From positions 1 to 40,668 of IMG/VR virus record IMGVR_UViG_3300043754_000023: a DNA stretch of 40,668 nt; one strand, 5' to 3'. Within the stretch, counting starts at the first letter, position 1, and each line of letters starts with the position of its first letter. Below the pieces are notes generated by a model. It ran no database searches. It saw only the letters and a list, made by a program, of their open reading frames with translations, and was not told the DNA's origin. The stretch is from a virus (lineage: Duplodnaviria; Caudoviricetes). Made by a program: the position numbers and the translations under genes. Below, piece after piece: positions 22,945 through 31,667 of this stretch.

Positions 22945-23329
22945 GCCGCCTATCGGCGACGTGATCCGGCACTACTTCCCAGACGTGGTGGTGCCGGACT
23001 CCGGCAGGACATGGGAAAAGATGTGCTGCCCGTTCCACCAGGAACGGGAGGCGTCAGCATCAATCAGCCATGAATTCAACTACTTCAACTGTTTCGCCTG
23101 TGACGCCTCCGGCGATTCATGGGCCATTATCCAGAGGGAGGAGAGTTGCGATTTCCCTAGTGCCGTCCAATTCGCAGAGGGAACTCTGGGATACAGCCAC
23201 AGCGAAGTACGCGGCGGCTCTCCAGTCAAACGCCGACGCTTTGGAGTATCTGAGGAAGCGCGGCCTGTCTCAGGCCAGCGCAGTATCCTTCAAACTCGGC
23301 GTAGTCGCCGAACCTTTGACGGGTCATGA
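22925..23329 (+). CDS. DNA primase zinc-binding (CHC2) subunit
   Basis: CPFH.E...S......FNCFAC...GD; start uncertain. Confidence 0.85.
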   Translation: MSESTTKPPIGDVIRHYFPDVVVPDSGRTWEKMCCPFHQEREASASISHEFNYFNCFACDASGDSWAIIQREESCDFPSAVQFAEGTLGYSHSEVRGGSPVKRRRFGVSEEARPVSGQRSILQTRRSRRTFDGS

Positions 23330-23798
23330 GCAGTACCAGGGCAGGCTTGCAATCCCCTACCTGACGCGCTCAGGCGCGGTAGGGATGGCCTTCAGGTGCA
23401 TTGCCCATGACGACTGCAAGGCCGCAGGACACAAGCAAAAGTACTTGTGGCCCGAAGGCCAGACACGGAGAATGTTCAATACTCCGGCACTCGATATGCC
23501 TTCGTCCTTCATCTGTGTCTGTGAAGGCGAGATGGATGCGATCACCGCATCCCAGTGCGGCCTACCGGCCGTGGCCATTCCAGGTGTACAGAGTTGGCAG
23601 GCTTTCTGGGCCAGGCCCCTGAAGGGCTATGACGTCGTCTACATCCTCCGGGATGACGATGATGCCGGACAGGGCATGGCCGACAAGGTCTGCCGTGACG
23701 TGCCTCAAGCACGTCCAGTCGCCATGACCGGCGGAGACGTCAACAGCTTTGTGCTGGAGCACGGTGAGGGCGCCCTGAGGGCGCGGATTGGGGTGTGA
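23151..23798 (+). CDS. DNA primase TOPRIM subunit (probable ATT start or frameshift)
   Basis: YLRKRGL, GRLAIPY, CEGEMDAI, DDDDAG, DVN motifs. Confidence 0.88.
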   Translation: MSLVPSNSQRELWDTATAKYAAALQSNADALEYLRKRGLSQASAVSFKLGVVAEPLTGHEQYQGRLAIPYLTRSGAVGMAFRCIAHDDCKAAGHKQKYLWPEGQTRRMFNTPALDMPSSFICVCEGEMDAITASQCGLPAVAIPGVQSWQAFWARPLKGYDVVYILRDDDDAGQGMADKVCRDVPQARPVAMTGGDVNSFVLEHGEGALRARIGV

Positions 23799-24460
23799 TG
23801 ACGCCGAAGGTGCTTGATCTGTACTGCTGCGCCGGCGGAGCCGGAGCCGGGTACGCACGAGCGGGATTTGAGGTCCATGGAGTCGACGTGGCCGACAGGC
23901 CTAATTACCCGTACAACTTCCGCCGGCGAGAGGTCATCGGCTTTCTGACCAACCAGGCCCGATGGTGGCTCAGGGGCTTCGCCCTCATCCATGCGTCTCC
24001 GCCATGTCAGAAGGATGCTGCGATCACGAAGGGGACGAACGCGCATCTGCGCGAGACGTATCCAGACCTGTACCAGCCAACCAAGGATCTCCTTGAGGAG
24101 ATTGGAGTTCCCTACGTCATAGAGAATCCGGCCGCACGGCCGGACGTCGTTCTCTGTGGCGAGATGTTCGGGCTAGGTGTCATCCGACACCGGAACTTCG
24201 AGCTTGGCGGTTGGAAGATGGAACAGCCCAAGCACATCAAGCATCGTGGCCGTGTCCGTGGCTATCGCCACGGAGAATGGTTCGATGGGCCCTACGTGGC
24301 CGCCTACGGCCAGGGTGGCGGCAAGGCCACCGTTCCGGAGATGCAAGAAGCCATGGGCATTGACTGGACCGACGTCCGCGAAGAGCTGACTGAGGCGATC
24401 CCGCCGGCGTACACGGAGTACATCGGGAAGCACCTGATGTCTTTCCTTATGGCCAATTAG
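23795..24460 (+). CDS. C5-cytosine DNA methyltransferase-like protein
   Basis: DLYCCAGG SAM motif, ASPPCQ catalytic motif, IEN, R.RNFE, EAIPPAY. Confidence 0.85.
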   Translation: MMTPKVLDLYCCAGGAGAGYARAGFEVHGVDVADRPNYPYNFRRREVIGFLTNQARWWLRGFALIHASPPCQKDAAITKGTNAHLRETYPDLYQPTKDLLEEIGVPYVIENPAARPDVVLCGEMFGLGVIRHRNFELGGWKMEQPKHIKHRGRVRGYRHGEWFDGPYVAAYGQGGGKATVPEMQEAMGIDWTDVREELTEAIPPAYTEYIGKHLMSFLMAN

Positions 24461-24473
24461 TCAATACTTGACA
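24459..24473 (+). promoter_or_regulatory. Operator palindrome just upstream of an RBS
   Basis: AGTCAATACTTGACA. Confidence 0.75.
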
Positions 24474-24486
24474 TGAAGGAGCACGC

Positions 24487-24726
24487 ATGAGTAACGAGAA
24501 CGAAGACTTTGATTTCGGTGCCATCTTCGGGGAGTCGAAGGCAGAAGAGATCGAGATTGCCGAGATGGAGACGGTCATTCGTGATAGCTGGTCGGCTATC
24601 ACCCACGTCGCCGGAGGCGTCTACAGGGATGCCCTTGCCAATGGACTGCCCCCGGCAGTCTCTGAGTACGTGACAAAGGAGTTTCTTTACAGCTCCCTGA
24701 CGGCACTCCGGAAGGAGGGCATTTGA
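24487..24726 (+). CDS. Acidic hypothetical protein
   Basis: AAGGAG RBS. Confidence 0.7.
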   Translation: MSNENEDFDFGAIFGESKAEEIEIAEMETVIRDSWSAITHVAGGVYRDALANGLPPAVSEYVTKEFLYSSLTALRKEGI

Positions 24727-25544
24727 GCAAGACCATTGTGGTGGTTCCTGATATCCAGGCACCCAAGCATGATAAGGCGGCTCTCGCCAATGTGGTTCAG
24801 TTCATCGGCGACATTCAGCCTGACGAAGTGATTCAGATCGGTGATGCCCTCGACTTCGAGGGCCCTGCCCGATGGACGAAGGACACCAGGGAAGAGTATG
24901 AGGGCGACGTCTTCCAGGAGGCCCATGACTTCCGGGATGAGTTCATTGCCACCATCCGGGCCCGGTATGACGGGCCGTTCGGAATCATCGAGGGCAATCA
25001 TGACTTGCGCCCTCGCGCATACCTTGAGAAGTATGCCCCGGCCCTTGTCAGTAAGGACCGCACTTACTGGATTGACGTCATGTGCGACTTCGAGGAGTAC
25101 GGCGTCAAGCTCCTTGACCCCTTCTACGAGTTCCATCCTGGCCACATTGCCACCCATGGCCATCTTGGGCGGATCGCCCTTCGGCCCGTGGCCGGCATGA
25201 CAGCCCTCGGGGCTGCAATGCGATTCAACAAGTCCGTCATCATGGGCCATACCCACCGTATGGCCGCCATTCCCTATACCACTGGCGTTGGTGAGGCACG
25301 AACCATCTGGGGCGTTGAAGTCGGCAATCTGATGGATCCCGCTCAGGCGGGATACCTGAAGGGCACTCCTGGCAACTGGCAGCGTGGATTCGCTGTCATC
25401 CATTGCGCCAAGTCTGGCGCTATCCAGCCGGAGTGCATCTACTTCCGGCCGGACAATTCATTCGACTATCAGGGCCAGTGCTGGACTCCGCCAGGAGCTC
25501 CAGCTAGGGATGCCAATGGACGATTCACGAAGAAGGGGGCTTAA
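24723..25544 (+). CDS. Metallophosphoesterase (Bxb1 gp47-like)
   Basis: PDIQ, GDALD, GNHD, HGH, GHTH motifs. Confidence 0.88.
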   Translation: MSKTIVVVPDIQAPKHDKAALANVVQFIGDIQPDEVIQIGDALDFEGPARWTKDTREEYEGDVFQEAHDFRDEFIATIRARYDGPFGIIEGNHDLRPRAYLEKYAPALVSKDRTYWIDVMCDFEEYGVKLLDPFYEFHPGHIATHGHLGRIALRPVAGMTALGAAMRFNKSVIMGHTHRMAAIPYTTGVGEARTIWGVEVGNLMDPAQAGYLKGTPGNWQRGFAVIHCAKSGAIQPECIYFRPDNSFDYQGQCWTPPGAPARDANGRFTKKGA

Positions 25545-25546
25545 CG

Positions 25547-25906
25547 ATGGCAGTTGAGAAGGGTCAGAAGTACAAGGGCAACCTGTCGGGGAAGGTCTAC
25601 GAGATTCTTTCGGACGTCTTCCAGATGGACGACGTTGACTATGTGGTCTGGCGTGAGCCGTCGCTGCGCGGGGGAAATCCTCAGGTTGACACCGTAGAGA
25701 GCTTTAAGGACTCTTCCCTTTACACCCTGATCCGAGAGCCCAAGTTCAAGGTTGGGGACAAGGTGGCCGCCTATAGCGACAACTGGACTATTGATGCGGT
25801 CAGCTCAAAGGCTGACCCTTATGGAGAGTTTGTCTATATTGGCACGAACCTAGATGGCTACTTCCAGACCATCTATGAGAACTCCATTGCCAAGGCGGCT
25901 GAGTGA
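25547..25906 (+). CDS. Hypothetical protein (small beta domains)
   Basis: AAGGGGG RBS; PKFKVGDKV. Confidence 0.7.
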   Translation: MAVEKGQKYKGNLSGKVYEILSDVFQMDDVDYVVWREPSLRGGNPQVDTVESFKDSSLYTLIREPKFKVGDKVAAYSDNWTIDAVSSKADPYGEFVYIGTNLDGYFQTIYENSIAKAAE

Positions 25907-26625
25907 CTACCATTCCTTCCGTCGACTGGACGGAAATCAGCGAGATTGCCATTAAGGTTGGCCGCAAGGTGGCCAGCCGCTGGCCGGGCATTGATGCCGA
26001 AGACTGCGCTCAGGAAGCGCTGAAGGCCGCTATCGCGCGCCCTGCGCTCATGACTGACAGGCAGGAAGACAAGGGCTTCGTCTTCGCCTTCATGGAGAAG
26101 GTTGCTACCCAGTACGCATCCAATGAGCGGTACGAGTACATGATGCGCTCTGCGCAGTACATCTACACCCCGAAGGAAGTCAGGCGACTCCTTGAGGGAT
26201 TCTGGAATGAGGATGCCCGCTCCGTTCCGGACGGGGAGGATGACCAGATCAATCCGAAAACTGATTCTGCTACCGGCTACCTGGACATGGACTCTGCCAT
26301 GAAGGAGATGCCAGGAGACGATGTATGGCGCCTTCAGCGCCGCTACTTGGATGGCCTTGAGTATCCCAGCCCCGCCGCTCGTAAGGCGGCTGACAGGGCG
26401 GTAGACCGCCTTACGAAGCTCATGAACTACCGCGCCAACGGCGCCGGCCCGGAACGGGGCGTCAGCCCCAAGGAGGTGCGACAGCCCTTCTCTCCGGTTG
26501 TCGTTACCACGATGGCGCCCAAGGCGCCGTACACAGGTGACGTCAGTCGCGCACTGTGGGAGGTGAGGCCCGGAGAGCGGGCCGAGTTCACGACTGCTCG
26601 GAATCGTGACACACGATCCGTATAA
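25903..26625 (+). CDS. Sigma-factor-like/HTH transcription regulator
   Basis: DAEDCAQE region-2-like segment, YIYT..EVR.LL, C-terminal helical region. Confidence 0.6.
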   Translation: MTTIPSVDWTEISEIAIKVGRKVASRWPGIDAEDCAQEALKAAIARPALMTDRQEDKGFVFAFMEKVATQYASNERYEYMMRSAQYIYTPKEVRRLLEGFWNEDARSVPDGEDDQINPKTDSATGYLDMDSAMKEMPGDDVWRLQRRYLDGLEYPSPAARKAADRAVDRLTKLMNYRANGAGPERGVSPKEVRQPFSPVVVTTMAPKAPYTGDVSRALWEVRPGERAEFTTARNRDTRSV

Positions 26626-26732
26626 GGAACTCTGGAAGACGTACGAACGGCGCGGGACACCCCGCGCCGTTCTGGAACGACTCAAGAAGGTGGCCGGCCG
26701 ATGGGCCGGAGAGAAGCGACGTTAGGAGCATA

Positions 26733-26936
26733 GTGACTGAGATCAGCTTCGTGTTTGTCGACGGCAAGAAGGCCAAGTTCCGAACCATGGCAGTCAGGTC
26801 AGACCTTGTTGAGTACCTGACTGACGTTGACGCCAACTCAGAGTTCTTCTCCTTCTACCAGGAGGACGGCACCCTGACTTGGGTTGCCTTCGATCAGATT
26901 CGCCACTTCTCTGTGAAGGAGATTGCTGTTGTCTGA
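26733..26936 (+). CDS. Hypothetical protein
   Basis: AGGAG RBS, GTG start. Confidence 0.7.
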   Translation: MTEISFVFVDGKKAKFRTMAVRSDLVEYLTDVDANSEFFSFYQEDGTLTWVAFDQIRHFSVKEIAVV

Positions 26937-27501
26937 CACTTGGTACATCTCAGGCCCGATGAGGGGCCTGCCCGACTTCAACTATCCGCTGTTCAATGAG
27001 GTTGCCAAGACACTTCGAGCGGCGGGGTTCAACGTCCTTAACCCCGCAGAGAACTTTGATGGAGACACGTCGCTGGAGTTCAGCGACTACATGTATCAGG
27101 ATCTCACCCAGCTTATGGGGTCCAACGGAATTGTGATGCTGCCAGGATGGCAGGACTCCGAGGGCGCACGGATTGAGTACATGGTGGCCAAGTCCCTTGG
27201 CCTTGAGGTCAAGTTTCACGGCAAGGCGTCCCAGGATGAGCCGGCGGAGATGGTTGCAAGCCGGATCGTCCGCAATGGTGAGCGGCAGGCCGTGTACGGC
27301 CATCCTGCCGATGACTTCCGCCGCACGGCGGCTATGTGGTCTGTCACCTTCGGCGTTGAGGTCACGCCACTTCAGGTGGCGATTGCCATGGGGCAGTTGA
27401 AGATGTCCCGACTCATCGGGACCCCTGGACACAGGGATTCAATCGTTGATCTGATCGGCTACGCCGTTTGCTATGAGCGCATTGCGGAGTTGACTGAGTG
27501 A
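26929..27501 (+). CDS. DUF4406-like (deoxyribosyltransferase fold) / DUF6378-like fusion
   Basis: YISGPM.G...N.P.F, LPGWQDS.GAR.E; then R.AVYG.P...F, DSIVDLIGYA. Confidence 0.75.
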   Translation: MSDTWYISGPMRGLPDFNYPLFNEVAKTLRAAGFNVLNPAENFDGDTSLEFSDYMYQDLTQLMGSNGIVMLPGWQDSEGARIEYMVAKSLGLEVKFHGKASQDEPAEMVASRIVRNGERQAVYGHPADDFRRTAAMWSVTFGVEVTPLQVAIAMGQLKMSRLIGTPGHRDSIVDLIGYAVCYERIAELTE

Positions 27502-27698
27502 ACGAGCGGGACGCATGGCGAACCATCTGCATGATGGAGTACCGGATTTCAGGCGATATGCAGAAGGCGACAGCCCTTGCAGACCAGATCACAAAGGGCA
27601 TTGCCCATGAACTTGCCGAGAAGATTCGTAGGCATCCGTTCACTGACATGGACTTCCCGTCGGATGCCGCTGACCTGATTGACCCCGAGAAGAGCTAG
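27498..27698 (+). CDS. Hypothetical protein
   Basis: GTGA overlap; ends at a terminator. Confidence 0.65.
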   Translation: MNERDAWRTICMMEYRISGDMQKATALADQITKGIAHELAEKIRRHPFTDMDFPSDAADLIDPEKS

Positions 27699-27708
27699 GC
27701 AAGACAAC

Positions 27709-27740
27709 GCCCCCCGTCCCTGAGGACGGGGGGCTTCTTG
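27709..27740 (+). terminator. Intrinsic terminator ending the early operon
   Basis: GCCCCCCGTCC-CTGA-GGACGGGGGGC-TTCTT. Confidence 0.8.
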
Positions 27741-27792
27741 CGTCTGGCGGACGCCGGTACTGCATGGCCATCGTACCGGGTAGCCTCCCGGC

Positions 27793-28041
27793 ATGACCAT
27801 CGAAGACACAGAGTACGACCTGGACGGTCCCGGCATGGCCGGCAAGACAAGGGACTTCGGCTCCGTGCCTGAGCTTCTGGCGAAGCTGGAAGGCAAGGTT
27901 GCCATGTACGAGCGCATCGCGCGTGACGCTGCCGAGAAGGCAGGAGACTTCGAGCGGGCCGCTCAGGCGGTCCGCGAGGGATCAAATTCGGTCATTGTCG
28001 GTCGTACTACATACAACCTGCGTGCAGAGGCTACTGACTGA
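27793..28041 (+). CDS. Hypothetical protein
   Basis: TAGCCT -10-like hexamer 6 nt before the ATG (possibly leaderless). Confidence 0.65.
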   Translation: MTIEDTEYDLDGPGMAGKTRDFGSVPELLAKLEGKVAMYERIARDAAEKAGDFERAAQAVREGSNSVIVGRTTYNLRAEATD

Positions 28042-28102
28042 CGGGTAGCCAGCTACCCTGAGCTTGCTCCTTCACCACCGTGACGTAGGAGAAAACTCAA
28101 TC

Positions 28103-28444
28103 ATGACCCAAGCGGACAGCGTCTCTCAGACGCTGGGAAGGTCGCTTGAAGAGACGCCGGGAGCTCCCTCCCGGTCCTTCAGGCCGTTCCCTGCCCCGGC
28201 GTACTCACCCTTCCTGCACACGCCCTCACGGCGTGGCGGGCCCACGGTCCAAGAGGACCCCATCAGCCTGACAGACCCTCTTGAGCACCTTGAACCGGTG
28301 CCTGTTGAGGGGTGCCGCATCTGTGCGGCACTGGGCAGGCAGCGCGCCGAAGCGCGCGAGGCAGGAGACCTCTCGAAGGTCTCTGACTGCAACGTGGAGA
28401 TCTATCTCCACCCCCACCCCAAGAAGCGCCGGGGGCGGGGCTGA
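28103..28444 (+). CDS. Hypothetical protein with CxxC..C..H motif
   Basis: PVEGCRICAAL...SDCNVEI..HPH; start uncertain. Confidence 0.55.
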   Translation: MTQADSVSQTLGRSLEETPGAPSRSFRPFPAPAYSPFLHTPSRRGGPTVQEDPISLTDPLEHLEPVPVEGCRICAALGRQRAEAREAGDLSKVSDCNVEIYLHPHPKKRRGRG

Positions 28445-28683
28445 TGAAGATGGACGACTTCAAAGCCGCCACAGCGGCGGCTGAAGCTGCGGAGAATGCC
28501 CTTCGGGATGGACTCCTTGCTGTGGGAGTCCCGGAGAAGACCCTGGACCAACTCCGGTCAAGGGTCCTGGCCAACGGACGATCCGTTGTCATGGTCGGCT
28601 CTTGGCCGACAGAGGTTGCAGAGAAGGTTGCTGCGGCCCTTGAGATGTCGGCCGCAGTGATGCGGATACCTGAAGACACCTAA
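28444..28683 (+). CDS. Hypothetical protein
   Basis: TGATG overlap; ends at a terminator. Confidence 0.65.
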   Translation: MKMDDFKAATAAAEAAENALRDGLLAVGVPEKTLDQLRSRVLANGRSVVMVGSWPTEVAEKVAAALEMSAAVMRIPEDT

Positions 28684-28688
28684 GCAAC

Positions 28689-28729
28689 AAAAAAGAGGGC
28701 CCCTCCTGCCGACACAGGAGGGGCCTTTT
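28689..28729. terminator. Bidirectional terminator between convergent early and late units
   Basis: A-tract, GGCCCCTCCTG-CCGACA-CAGGAGGGGCC, T-tract. Confidence 0.85.
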
Positions 28730-28736
28730 CGTGTTT

Positions 28737-29024
28737 CTACTGGTGGTACAGAACGAGGGAGATCAGGGCAACGACTGTTGCCACTACGCCGGCCACGGCA
28801 GCAGACCATGCTGCCGCACGATTGCTCTTCTGCCTTAAGTCCTCTTCGGTCACGAAGTCAGCTTGAGCCGCTTCAACGGCCCTGAGTCTGGTCTCGTGAT
28901 CCTTCGTGGCGTCCAGGACGCCATCCAACTTCACAGTCAGCCTCTGAACGTCACCACGCATACCCACGATCTCTCTATACATGTCGGTTGGAGTGATGGT
29001 GACGCTAGAGGACTCTTCCCCCAT
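28737..29024 (-). CDS. Lysis-cassette membrane protein (coiled coil plus C-terminal TM)
   Basis: DHETRLRAVE coiled coil; hydrophobic C-terminus. Confidence 0.75.
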   Translation of the reverse strand: MGEESSSVTITPTDMYREIVGMRGDVQRLTVKLDGVLDATKDHETRLRAVEAAQADFVTEEDLRQKSNRAAAWSAAVAGVVATVVALISLVLYHQ

Positions 29025-29030
29025 GGGCGG

Positions 29031-29420
29031 TTAGACCTGAGCCGGCGCCTGAGGCGCGACAGGAGCCGGAGCGGGGGCCGAAGCCCCCGTGGCCTTCTCA
29101 ACGCTCTCAGCGAGCTTACGGAGCTCTTCAGCGGCGCTGTGACGCGCCTTGGCAACCTCCGCTTCGACGTCGGACTTGATGGCCGCGTACTTGGACTCAA
29201 TGGCCTTCGCGAGCTCAGGATCATGGGTCTCGACAAAGTCAACGACGCCGTGAGCGTCGTGCTTCAGAGCCTTCGCGTTGCCGCTCTCCACATCTGCGGC
29301 AACCTTCTGAGCCGCAGACACAACCGGCGCGGTGACGCGCTTGAGAACGTACTGAAGGGCGTTGTGAAGAGTCACACCACCAAAGACCAGACCCAGCAAG
29401 TCATGAAACGAGGGGTACAT
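29031..29420 (-). CDS. Holin-like protein
   Basis: N-terminal hydrophobic segment; TAATG overlap with endolysin. Confidence 0.6.
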   Translation of the reverse strand: MYPSFHDLLGLVFGGVTLHNALQYVLKRVTAPVVSAAQKVAADVESGNAKALKHDAHGVVDFVETHDPELAKAIESKYAAIKSDVEAEVAKARHSAAEELRKLAESVEKATGASAPAPAPVAPQAPAQV

Positions 29421-30871
29421 TACAGACCCACCTTCTTCGCAATAGAAGTGAGCAGAGTCTTCAGCTCTGCGACATCGGACTTCAGGGCCTCGATATCGGC
29501 AAAGCCCTTCATGGCTGCGGCGTTGGTCGCAGCTTCGTGCTCCCCAAGGGAGTGCTTGACCCCGTCCACCTGGGACGGGATGGACTTGGTGGCAACGGCG
29601 TCATAGACGCCGACCAGCATTGCGTAAGCGTCGGAAGTCTGGCCGTTCTTGTACGACCAGACATCAACAGGTGCAGGCAAGGGATCTCCAATCGTTGCCG
29701 CCGCAGTAGCGGCGTAAGTGAAGCCAGCCTTTCCCTTGAGATTGGGATCAGCGGTTGTGACGCCTTCCTTGAAGGCCGGAAGGCCATAGCCGTACACGTA
29801 AGTGTCCGTGCGGACACGGGTCTTGTCGTAGACCCCGTCGCCTTCGGCAGAGCCGTTGGTGTTGGTATTGCCCTCGTAGACATGGATGTTCGTGCCGTCA
29901 TACGAATGGACAATGCCCGTATGGGCGCTGCCACCAGCGCCGTAGAAGACTTGGGCGCCAATCGCCGGATAGTCGCTCCAGCGACCCTTGGCCTGGAACC
30001 AGGCAACGCCAGTTGCGCAAGACGCAGTGACCGGGTACAGAGAGGCCATGTTCGCCTTCATGGCGCACCAGGCGACATAGACGCAGCACCAGGGCTGTCC
30101 ATCGGACCAGCCAAGTCCAGGGACTTGCTCAGAGTACTTCTGAATGTTGTCCCAGCCGGAAGCGTTCTTGCCCTCGTGATAGCCGACTTCACCGGCGGCT
30201 ATCGTCAGGACTGCATCAGCGCTGAGAAGCGCTGCGGGAGCAGGAGTAGGCGCCGGCGCAGGAGCCTTGGCCGGCGGAGCTGGAGTGGGCGCCTGAGGGC
30301 GCGGGTACTGCCCATAGTCGGCAGTCTCTGCCGTATCCCAGTCGGCATTGCCTGACAGGGTCGTAGACCCATCCTGGTAGATGCGCGCGTGAGCGCTTAT
30401 CTTGCCGTTGGACCAGGCAACCGTCTGCCATCCGAACGTCGCCGTGGCAGGCGAGCTAAAGACGTCCTCCAGGACGTAGTACCCGCCATAGATGCCGGTA
30501 CGGCTCAGGCCGATGACTGAGGCTACGCCTCGAAGATACTCATTGACCGTGTGGAACTGCGTTCCCTGAGCATCGAAGTCACAGCCGAAGTAGATCGGCA
30601 TGTTTGACGGGAGGCCTACAGCCGCCCGTTGGACTTCAGCGGCAATGGCGTCAGCCACGCCAGCGGCCTTGCCGCTCAGCATGCGATTGGCCGAAGACTC
30701 CCAAACGACGACCACGCCAAGGCCGTTGGCCTTGTAGTCGGCTACCTCTGCCTTGGTAATGTTCTTGGTGGAGTCAGGAGACAGATAGCGCGCAACGAAA
30801 TGCGCGCCGGCCGCCTTTATCTGCGCGGTCGTAGGGCGCGACCACGCTATGTCTACGCCCTTGAGCGTCAT
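29420..30871 (-). CDS. Endolysin: DUF1906/GH25-like glycoside hydrolase + Pro/Ala linker + CHAP domain
   Basis: FVARYLS, IYFGCDFD, GIYGG, WQTVAWS; PWC...HTGIV...EGNT. Confidence 0.9.
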   Translation of the reverse strand: MTLKGVDIAWSRPTTAQIKAAGAHFVARYLSPDSTKNITKAEVADYKANGLGVVVVWESSANRMLSGKAAGVADAIAAEVQRAAVGLPSNMPIYFGCDFDAQGTQFHTVNEYLRGVASVIGLSRTGIYGGYYVLEDVFSSPATATFGWQTVAWSNGKISAHARIYQDGSTTLSGNADWDTAETADYGQYPRPQAPTPAPPAKAPAPAPTPAPAALLSADAVLTIAAGEVGYHEGKNASGWDNIQKYSEQVPGLGWSDGQPWCCVYVAWCAMKANMASLYPVTASCATGVAWFQAKGRWSDYPAIGAQVFYGAGGSAHTGIVHSYDGTNIHVYEGNTNTNGSAEGDGVYDKTRVRTDTYVYGYGLPAFKEGVTTADPNLKGKAGFTYAATAAATIGDPLPAPVDVWSYKNGQTSDAYAMLVGVYDAVATKSIPSQVDGVKHSLGEHEAATNAAAMKGFADIEALKSDVAELKTLLTSIAKKVGL

Positions 30872-30879
30872 GAGGCTCC

Positions 30880-31131
30880 TTAGCTGAAGGTCGGGGGATT
30901 GACGTTGGTGTCGGTCGCGTAGGACGTGTTTGAATAGCTGTACTTTTGCACGCTCACCGTGATATTGGTGTAGTAAGTGGGCCAGACAATCGCCTTTAGG
31001 GTCTCGTAAAAGGCCCCTGCGGCGGCATCATCCATGCTGGACCCGGGAACCTGAAGGGTGACCATTGGTTCTGCGGCCTGATCGCTGTTTACCGAAAAGC
31101 TGTAATAGGTCTGTGCATCAGTGGTGGACAT
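30880..31131 (-). CDS. Small tail-associated protein
   Basis: AAGGGG RBS; position after tail genes. Confidence 0.7.
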   Translation of the reverse strand: MSTTDAQTYYSFSVNSDQAAEPMVTLQVPGSSMDDAAAGAFYETLKAIVWPTYYTNITVSVQKYSYSNTSYATDTNVNPPTFS

Positions 31132-31139
31132 GATTCCCC

Positions 31140-31658
31140 TTAGCTGTTAGACACCCATGTGCACGTGAGATACGGGCCATAGGTGCCATTGGTTGTGGTC
31201 GCAACTGCGGTGCCAGAGGTAGCGGCCATTTCCACATAGTCACCGACATTGAGCTGTACCAGGGTGCTTACGTTCATGGCCTGAGTAATGCCTGAAACGC
31301 CGATGGCCGTTACGCGGCCACCAGGCGCGAAGCTTCCGTTCACCAGAATGTCTAGGATTCGATAGGTGGCGGAGTTACCGCCCCATCCAAGGTTTGCAGT
31401 CAGAAGATAGAGGCCTGGCACCTGAACGGTGTACCGGGTCGGACTAGCCCCTGAATGACCGCCGTAGTTGTCATAGATCGTGGTGTCCATCACTAGGGTT
31501 GTCTGGGTTGAAACAGTCGTAGAACTAGTGCAGTACCCCTTATATCGGGGCGGATTGAGAAGGAATCCCAAGGGGTTGTACATCTGGTTGTACAGGTAGC
31601 TCTGACTGAGGGGCGTACCGACAGCAGGAGGTGTCAGGTTGGGAAGAGTGAAAGTCAT
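31140..31658 (-). CDS. Minor tail protein with C1q/TNF-like domain
   Basis: RYTVQVPGLYLL...LNVGDYVE. Confidence 0.75.
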   Translation of the reverse strand: MTFTLPNLTPPAVGTPLSQSYLYNQMYNPLGFLLNPPRYKGYCTSSTTVSTQTTLVMDTTIYDNYGGHSGASPTRYTVQVPGLYLLTANLGWGGNSATYRILDILVNGSFAPGGRVTAIGVSGITQAMNVSTLVQLNVGDYVEMAATSGTAVATTTNGTYGPYLTCTWVSNS

Positions 31659-31667
31659 TGCACCTCC

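Noticed and set aside
23795-24460. Complete restriction-modification system
   Set aside because: No adjacent restriction endonuclease; an orphan phage methyltransferase is the simpler reading
8920-24473. CRISPR array or CRISPR-Cas system (repeats plus Cas4-like gene)
   Set aside because: Repeats are 15 bp and dispersed over kilobases; stand-alone Cas4/RecB-like nucleases are common in actinophages; no other cas genes
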